Below are positions 54,928 to 64,000 of a DNA stretch of 64,000 nucleotides, piece after piece. Within the stretch, counting starts at the first letter, position 1. Every line of letters starts with the position of its first letter. Made by a program: the position numbers and the translations under genes. A model generated the notes under the pieces. That model searched no databases. It saw nothing but the letters and a program-made list of their open reading frames with translations, and had not been told where the DNA came from. Source of the DNA: Eledone cirrhosa (taxonomy: Eukaryota); assembly GCA_964016885.1 (NCBI GenBank), contig OZ024741.1:267902001-267966000 (forward strand), given 5' to 3'.

Positions 54928-55037
54928 GTATATATATATATATAGTATAAATATATATATATAGTATATAGATATATATATATAGTATATATATATATAT
55001 ATAGTATATATATATATATAGTATATATATATATATA

Positions 55038-55257
<220 letters not shown>

Positions 55258-55358
55258 TATATATATATATATATACTATATATATATACTATATATATAT
55301 ATATATACTATATATATATATATATACTATATATATATATATATATACTATATATATA

Positions 55359-55424
<66 letters not shown>

Positions 55425-55442
55425 TATATATATATATATATA

Positions 55443-55541
<99 letters not shown>

Positions 55542-55547
55542 TATATA

Positions 55548-55626
<79 letters not shown>

Positions 55627-55636
55627 TATATACATA

Positions 55637-55690
<54 letters not shown>

Positions 55691-55700
55691 TATATACATA

Positions 55701-55781
<81 letters not shown>

Positions 55782-55782
55782 T

Positions 55783-55828
<46 letters not shown>

Positions 55829-55846
55829 ATATATATATATATATAT

Positions 55847-55892
<46 letters not shown>

Positions 55893-55935
55893 ATATATAT
55901 ATATATATATACAATATATATATATATATATATAT

Positions 55936-55984
<49 letters not shown>

Positions 55985-56042
55985 GTAAGTATGCATGTAT
56001 ACGTACATACATATATGTATACAGACGTACAGTAGCATCCAC

Positions 56043-56073
<31 letters not shown>

Positions 56074-56231
56074 CATATGCATACAGGTACACATACATAT
56101 ATGCACGTATCAGTTTAGCGGCGCTTATTATAACGTCGCTTTGTTCGTTTGTAAACAAACTGAACAGCCTGAATTTATGCCATACGGTGTTAAGGCAACC
56201 ACGTCACCTTTTTGTTCAACACTGACACAGG

Positions 56232-56276
56232 AACGATGTACTAGTTTCAAGCTTGTTAGCTATCATCAGCACCGTT
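56232..56276 (-). ncRNA. Type I hammerhead ribozyme (9 minus-strand copies every 474 bp, to 60024)
   Basis: AACGGUG-CUGAUGA-U-AGC-UAACAA-GCU-U-GAAAC-UA-GUA/CAUCGUU. Stem I is 7 bp with one G-U pair. Confidence 0.93.
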
Positions 56277-56516
56277 TACCCATCTGCCAGATAGTTGAAC
56301 GTTCGAAAGTATATACTTTCCTTATGAAAATTAACGGCTGAGCAGCCTAATTTGCATATTGAGTGAGTTAAATCGGTAAGGCATACCGAAAACGATAAAT
56401 TGAAACAAAATGAAAACGAAATTTCATTTCTCACTCTTAGTATGGCACTTACTTAAATGTAAGTATGCATGTATACGTACATACATATATGTATACAGAC
56501 GTACAGTAGCATCCAC

Positions 56517-56547
<31 letters not shown>

Positions 56548-56990
56548 CATATGCATACAGGTACACATACATATATGCACGTATCAGTTTAGCGGCGCTT
56601 ATTATAACGTCGCTTTGTTCGTTTGTAAACAAACTGAACAGCCTGAATTTATGCCATACGGTGTTAAGGCAACCACGTCACCTTTTTGTTCAACACTGAC
56701 ACAGGAACGATGTACTAGTTTCAAGCTTGTTAGCTATCATCAGCACCGTTTACCCATCTGCCAGATAGTTGAACGTTCGAAAGTATATACTTTCCTTATG
56801 AAAATTAACGGCTGAGCAGCCTAATTTGCATATTGAGTGAGTTAAATCGGTAAGGCATACCGAAAACGATAAATTGAAACAAAATGAAAACGAAATTTCA
56901 TTTCTCACTCTTAGTATGGCACTTACTTAAATGTAAGTATGCATGTATACGTACATACATATATGTATACAGACGTACAGTAGCATCCAC

Positions 56991-57021
<31 letters not shown>

Positions 57022-57464
57022 CATATGCATACAGGTACACATACATATATGCACGTATCAGTTTAGCGGCGCTTATTATAACGTCGCTTTGTTCGTTTGT
57101 AAACAAACTGAACAGCCTGAATTTATGCCATACGGTGTTAAGGCAACCACGTCACCTTTTTGTTCAACACTGACACAGGAACGATGTACTAGTTTCAAGC
57201 TTGTTAGCTATCATCAGCACCGTTTACCCATCTGCCAGATAGTTGAACGTTCGAAAGTATATACTTTCCTTATGAAAATTAACGGCTGAGCAGCCTAATT
57301 TGCATATTGAGTGAGTTAAATCGGTAAGGCATACCGAAAACGATAAATTGAAACAAAATGAAAACGAAATTTCATTTCTCACTCTTAGTATGGCACTTAC
57401 TTAAATGTAAGTATGCATGTATACGTACATACATATATGTATACAGACGTACAGTAGCATCCAC

Positions 57465-57495
<31 letters not shown>

Positions 57496-57938
57496 CATAT
57501 GCATACAGGTACACATACATATATGCACGTATCAGTTTAGCGGCGCTTATTATAACGTCGCTTTGTTCGTTTGTAAACAAACTGAACAGCCTGAATTTAT
57601 GCCATACGGTGTTAAGGCAACCACGTCACCTTTTTGTTCAACACTGACACAGGAACGATGTACTAGTTTCAAGCTTGTTAGCTATCATCAGCACCGTTTA
57701 CCCATCTGCCAGATAGTTGAACGTTCGAAAGTATATACTTTCCTTATGAAAATTAACGGCTGAGCAGCCTAATTTGCATATTGAGTGAGTTAAATCGGTA
57801 AGGCATACCGAAAACGATAAATTGAAACAAAATGAAAACGAAATTTCATTTCTCACTCTTAGTATGGCACTTACTTAAATGTAAGTATGCATGTATACGT
57901 ACATACATATATGTATACAGACGTACAGTAGCATCCAC

Positions 57939-57969
<31 letters not shown>

Positions 57970-58412
57970 CATATGCATACAGGTACACATACATATATGC
58001 ACGTATCAGTTTAGCGGCGCTTATTATAACGTCGCTTTGTTCGTTTGTAAACAAACTGAACAGCCTGAATTTATGCCATACGGTGTTAAGGCAACCACGT
58101 CACCTTTTTGTTCAACACTGACACAGGAACGATGTACTAGTTTCAAGCTTGTTAGCTATCATCAGCACCGTTTACCCATCTGCCAGATAGTTGAACGTTC
58201 GAAAGTATATACTTTCCTTATGAAAATTAACGGCTGAGCAGCCTAATTTGCATATTGAGTGAGTTAAATCGGTAAGGCATACCGAAAACGATAAATTGAA
58301 ACAAAATGAAAACGAAATTTCATTTCTCACTCTTAGTATGGCACTTACTTAAATGTAAGTATGCATGTATACGTACATACATATATGTATACAGACGTAC
58401 AGTAGCATCCAC

Positions 58413-58443
<31 letters not shown>

Positions 58444-58886
58444 CATATGCATACAGGTACACATACATATATGCACGTATCAGTTTAGCGGCGCTTATTA
58501 TAACGTCGCTTTGTTCGTTTGTAAACAAACTGAACAGCCTGAATTTATGCCATACGGTGTTAAGGCAACCACGTCACCTTTTTGTTCAACACTGACACAG
58601 GAACGATGTACTAGTTTCAAGCTTGTTAGCTATCATCAGCACCGTTTACCCATCTGCCAGATAGTTGAACGTTCGAAAGTATATACTTTCCTTATGAAAA
58701 TTAACGGCTGAGCAGCCTAATTTGCATATTGAGTGAGTTAAATCGGTAAGGCATACCGAAAACGATAAATTGAAACAAAATGAAAACGAAATTTCATTTC
58801 TCACTCTTAGTATGGCACTTACTTAAATGTAAGTATGCATGTATACGTACATACATATATGTATACAGACGTACAGTAGCATCCAC

Positions 58887-58917
<31 letters not shown>

Positions 58918-59360
58918 CATATGCATACAGGTACACATACATATATGCACGTATCAGTTTAGCGGCGCTTATTATAACGTCGCTTTGTTCGTTTGTAAAC
59001 AAACTGAACAGCCTGAATTTATGCCATACGGTGTTAAGGCAACCACGTCACCTTTTTGTTCAACACTGACACAGGAACGATGTACTAGTTTCAAGCTTGT
59101 TAGCTATCATCAGCACCGTTTACCCATCTGCCAGATAGTTGAACGTTCGAAAGTATATACTTTCCTTATGAAAATTAACGGCTGAGCAGCCTAATTTGCA
59201 TATTGAGTGAGTTAAATCGGTAAGGCATACCGAAAACGATAAATTGAAACAAAATGAAAACGAAATTTCATTTCTCACTCTTAGTATGGCACTTACTTAA
59301 ATGTAAGTATGCATGTATACGTACATACATATATGTATACAGACGTACAGTAGCATCCAC

Positions 59361-59391
<31 letters not shown>

Positions 59392-59834
59392 CATATGCAT
59401 ACAGGTACACATACATATATGCACGTATCAGTTTAGCGGCGCTTATTATAACGTCGCTTTGTTCGTTTGTAAACAAACTGAACAGCCTGAATTTATGCCA
59501 TACGGTGTTAAGGCAACCACGTCACCTTTTTGTTCAACACTGACACAGGAACGATGTACTAGTTTCAAGCTTGTTAGCTATCATCAGCACCGTTTACCCA
59601 TCTGCCAGATAGTTGAACGTTCGAAAGTATATACTTTCCTTATGAAAATTAACGGCTGAGCAGCCTAATTTGCATATTGAGTGAGTTAAATCGGTAAGGC
59701 ATACCGAAAACGATAAATTGAAACAAAATGAAAACGAAATTTCATTTCTCACTCTTAGTATGGCACTTACTTAAATGTAAGTATGCATGTATACGTACAT
59801 ACATATATGTATACAGACGTACAGTAGCATCCAC

Positions 59835-59865
<31 letters not shown>

Positions 59866-60474
59866 CATATGCATACAGGTACACATACATATATGCACGT
59901 ATCAGTTTAGCGGCGCTTATTATAACGTCGCTTTGTTCGTTTGTAAACAAACTGAACAGCCTGAATTTATGCCATACGGTGTTAAGGCAACCACGTCACC
60001 TTTTTGTTCAACACTGACACAGGAACGATGTACTAGTTTCAAGCTTGTTAGCTATCATCAGCACCGTTTACCCATCTGCCAGATAGTTGAACGTTCGAAA
60101 GTATATACTTTCCTTATGAAAATTAACGGCTGAGCAGCCTAATTTGCATATTGAGTGAGTTAAATCGGTAAGGCATACCGAAAACGATAAATTGAAACAA
60201 AATGAAAACGAAATTTCATTTCTCACTCTTAGTATGGCACTTACTTAAATGTAAGTATGCATGTATACGTACATACATATATGTATACAGACGTACAGTA
60301 GCATCCTGTGTCAGTTCCTGTGTCAGTGTTGAACAAAAAGGTGACGTGGTTGCCTTAACACCGTATGGCATAAATTCAGGCTGTTCAGTTTGTTTACAAA
60401 CGAACAAAGCGACGTTATAATAAGCGCCGCTAAACTGATACGTGCATATATGTATGTGTACCTGTATGCATATG

Positions 60475-60505
<31 letters not shown>

Positions 60506-60745
60506 GTGGATGCTACTGTACGTCTGTATACACATATGTATGTACGTATACATGCATACTTACATTTAAGTAAGTGCCATACTAAGAGTGAGAAATGAAA
60601 TTTCGTTTTCATTTTGTTTCAATTTATCGTTTTCGGTATGCCTTACCGATTTAACTCACTCAATATGCAAATTAGGCTGCTCAGCCGTTAATTTTCATAA
60701 GGAAAGTATATACTTTCGAACGTTCAACTATCTGGCAGATGGGTA

Positions 60746-60790
60746 AACGGTGCTGATGATAGCTAACAAGCTTGAAACTAGTACATCGTT
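60746..60790 (+). ncRNA. Type I hammerhead ribozyme (also at 61220, 61694, 62168, 62642)
   Basis: aacggtgctgatgatagctaacaagcttgaaactagtacatcgtt is read directly on the plus strand. Confidence 0.93.
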
Positions 60791-60948
60791 CCTGTGTCAG
60801 TGTTGAACAAAAAGGTGACGTGGTTGCCTTAACACCGTATGGCATAAATTCAGGCTGTTCAGTTTGTTTACAAACGAACAAAGCGACGTTATAATAAGCG
60901 CCGCTAAACTGATACGTGCATATATGTATGTGTACCTGTATGCATATG

Positions 60949-60979
<31 letters not shown>

Positions 60980-61422
60980 GTGGATGCTACTGTACGTCTG
61001 TATACATATATGTATGTACGTATACATGCATACTTACATTTAAGTAAGTGCCATACTAAGAGTGAGAAATGAAATTTCGTTTTCATTTTGTTTCAATTTA
61101 TCGTTTTCGGTATGCCTTACCGATTTAACTCACTCAATATGCAAATTAGGCTGCTCAGCCGTTAATTTTCATAAGGAAAGTATATACTTTCGAACGTTCA
61201 ACTATCTGGCAGATGGGTAAACGGTGCTGATGATAGCTAACAAGCTTGAAACTAGTACATCGTTCCTGTGTCAGTGTTGAACAAAAAGGTGACGTGGTTG
61301 CCTTAACACCGTATGGCATAAATTCAGGCTGTTCAGTTTGTTTACAAACGAACAAAGCGACGTTATAATAAGCGCCGCTAAACTGATACGTGCATATATG
61401 TATGTGTACCTGTATGCATATG

Positions 61423-61453
<31 letters not shown>

Positions 61454-61896
61454 GTGGATGCTACTGTACGTCTGTATACATATATGTATGTACGTATACA
61501 TGCATACTTACATTTAAGTAAGTGCCATACTAAGAGTGAGAAATGAAATTTCGTTTTCATTTTGTTTCAATTTATCGTTTTCGGTATGCCTTACCGATTT
61601 AACTCACTCAATATGCAAATTAGGCTGCTCAGCCGTTAATTTTCATAAGGAAAGTATATACTTTCGAACGTTCAACTATCTGGCAGATGGGTAAACGGTG
61701 CTGATGATAGCTAACAAGCTTGAAACTAGTACATCGTTCCTGTGTCAGTGTTGAACAAAAAGGTGACGTGGTTGCCTTAACACCGTATGGCATAAATTCA
61801 GGCTGTTCAGTTTGTTTACAAACGAACAAAGCGACGTTATAATAAGCGCCGCTAAACTGATACGTGCATATATGTATGTGTACCTGTATGCATATG

Positions 61897-61927
<31 letters not shown>

Positions 61928-62370
61928 GTGGATGCTACTGTACGTCTGTATACATATATGTATGTACGTATACATGCATACTTACATTTAAGTAAGTGCC
62001 ATACTAAGAGTGAGAAATGAAATTTCGTTTTCATTTTGTTTCAATTTATCGTTTTCGGTATGCCTTACCGATTTAACTCACTCAATATGCAAATTAGGCT
62101 GCTCAGCCGTTAATTTTCATAAGGAAAGTATATACTTTCGAACGTTCAACTATCTGGCAGATGGGTAAACGGTGCTGATGATAGCTAACAAGCTTGAAAC
62201 TAGTACATCGTTCCTGTGTCAGTGTTGAACAAAAAGGTGACGTGGTTGCCTTAACACCGTATGGCATAAATTCAGGCTGTTCAGTTTGTTTACAAACGAA
62301 CAAAGCGACGTTATAATAAGCGCCGCTAAACTGATACGTGCATATATGTATGTGTACCTGTATGCATATG

Positions 62371-62401
<31 letters not shown>

Positions 62402-62844
62402 GTGGATGCTACTGTACGTCTGTATACATATATGTATGTACGTATACATGCATACTTACATTTAAGTAAGTGCCATACTAAGAGTGAGAAATGAAATTTC
62501 GTTTTCATTTTGTTTCAATTTATCGTTTTCGGTATGCCTTACCGATTTAACTCACTCAATATGCAAATTAGGCTGCTCAGCCGTTAATTTTCATAAGGAA
62601 AGTATATACTTTCGAACGTTCAACTATCTGGCAGATGGGTAAACGGTGCTGATGATAGCTAACAAGCTTGAAACTAGTACATCGTTCCTGTGTCAGTGTT
62701 GAACAAAAAGGTGACGTGGTTGCCTTAACACCGTATGGCATAAATTCAGGCTGTTCAGTTTGTTTACAAACGAACAAAGCGACGTTATAATAAGCGCCGC
62801 TAAACTGATACGTGCATATATGTATGTGTACCTGTATGCATATG

Positions 62845-62875
<31 letters not shown>

Positions 62876-63038
62876 GTGGATGCTACTGTACGTCTGTATA
62901 CATATATGTATGTACGTATACATGCATACTTACATTTAAGTAAGTGCCATACTAAGAGTGAGAAATGAAATTTCGTTTTCATTTTGTTTCAATTTATATA
63001 TATATATATATATATATTGTATATATATATATATATAT

Positions 63039-63080
<42 letters not shown>

Positions 63081-63098
63081 ATATATATATATATATAT

Positions 63099-63144
<46 letters not shown>

Positions 63145-63187
63145 ATATATATATATATATATACAATATATATATATATATATATAT

Positions 63188-63237
<50 letters not shown>

Positions 63238-63425
63238 ATATATATATATATATATACAATATATATATATATATATATACAATATATATATATATATATA
63301 TATACAATATATATATATATATATACAATATATATATATATATATACAATATATATATATATATATACAATATATATATATATATTTACAATATATATAT
63401 ATATATACAATATATATATATATAT

Positions 63426-63648
63426 TGTGAAGGCGTGTGGCCGAGTGGTTAGAGAATTGGATTCCTAATCGTGAGATTGTGACTTCGATTCCTGGACCGG
63501 GCGATGCATTATGTCCTTGAGCAAGACACTTTATTTCACGTTGCTCCTTCTACCTGGAGTTGCGACCGATAGAGAGTACTAGCAATTAGAAAGACCAACG
63601 GAAACATTGTTTCCTCGGTCCGATTTGACGAAAGTCGATCGACTGTCG

Positions 63649-63650
<2 letters not shown>
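63426..63650 (+). mobile_element. tRNA-derived SINE with a CORE-like segment
   Basis: A-box tggccgagtgg (63438), B-box-like ttcgattcc (~63484), then tgtccttgagcaagacacttta, which resembles the CORE domain. The 3' boundary is uncertain. Confidence 0.75.
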
Positions 63651-63697
<47 letters not shown>

Positions 63698-64000
63698 ATA
63701 TATATATATATATATACAATACATATATATATATCTGTTTCGTTCTTTGTATCTTTACCCTTTCTAGCAGTCTCTCTCTCTGTTAGCCTCTTCCTCAACT
63801 TTCACTCACTCATAGCCTGTCACTACCTCTCCTCCTCTTCTCTTTCTTCCCGCTTGACCTGTCCGATTCCTTTTCTCGCGCACTCTTGGCCAAGCCGGTA
63901 TGAAATTTTTTTTCTCTCTCTCTCTCTCGTCTGCGACTTCACAGAACTTATGTTTACCGAATTCGCAGACCAGACCCCTTGTTCTTCGCCCCCCCCCCCC

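Larger units (their letters stand above)
55980..62997. mobile_element. Fold-back tandem array of a 474-bp hammerhead-containing unit (putative retrozyme family 3)
   Basis: Period 474. About 9.1 copies have the ribozyme on the minus strand, the orientation switches at ~60306, and ~5.7 copies have it on the plus strand. Units are nearly identical. Confidence 0.92.

Noticed and set aside
63426-63510. tRNA gene
   Set aside because: A and B boxes are present but there is no convincing cloverleaf, and a SINE core follows.

Overview
This is AT-rich animal DNA, most likely cephalopod given the repeat content (an inference). I could not support any host gene. From about 4850 to 63730 the window is one huge interrupted (TA)n field that has collected many retroelement insertions. 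These include RTE-clade LINEs of at least three families with (GAT)n tails, two with intact 995 and 1039 aa ORFs, and with a PHD-type finger inside the RT. There are also four Penelope-like element (PLE) copies or ends, three with a recognisable hammerhead ribozyme, plus Helitron-like non-autonomous elements and a tRNA/CORE-type SINE. The main discovery is three unrelated-looking tandem arrays (466, 310 and 474 bp units). Each unit carries a canonical type I hammerhead ribozyme, 29 complete copies in total, and all share a UAACAA loop 2 with compensatory stem changes. They look like three families of non-LTR retrozymes. All three arrays have a fold-back architecture with both 3' ends facing outward and offset by about 33-75 nt, like PLE inverted pseudo-LTRs with a tail. 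Two families also share an octamer-containing hairpin upstream of the ribozyme. A fourth small fold-back family lacking a ribozyme core shows the same geometry.
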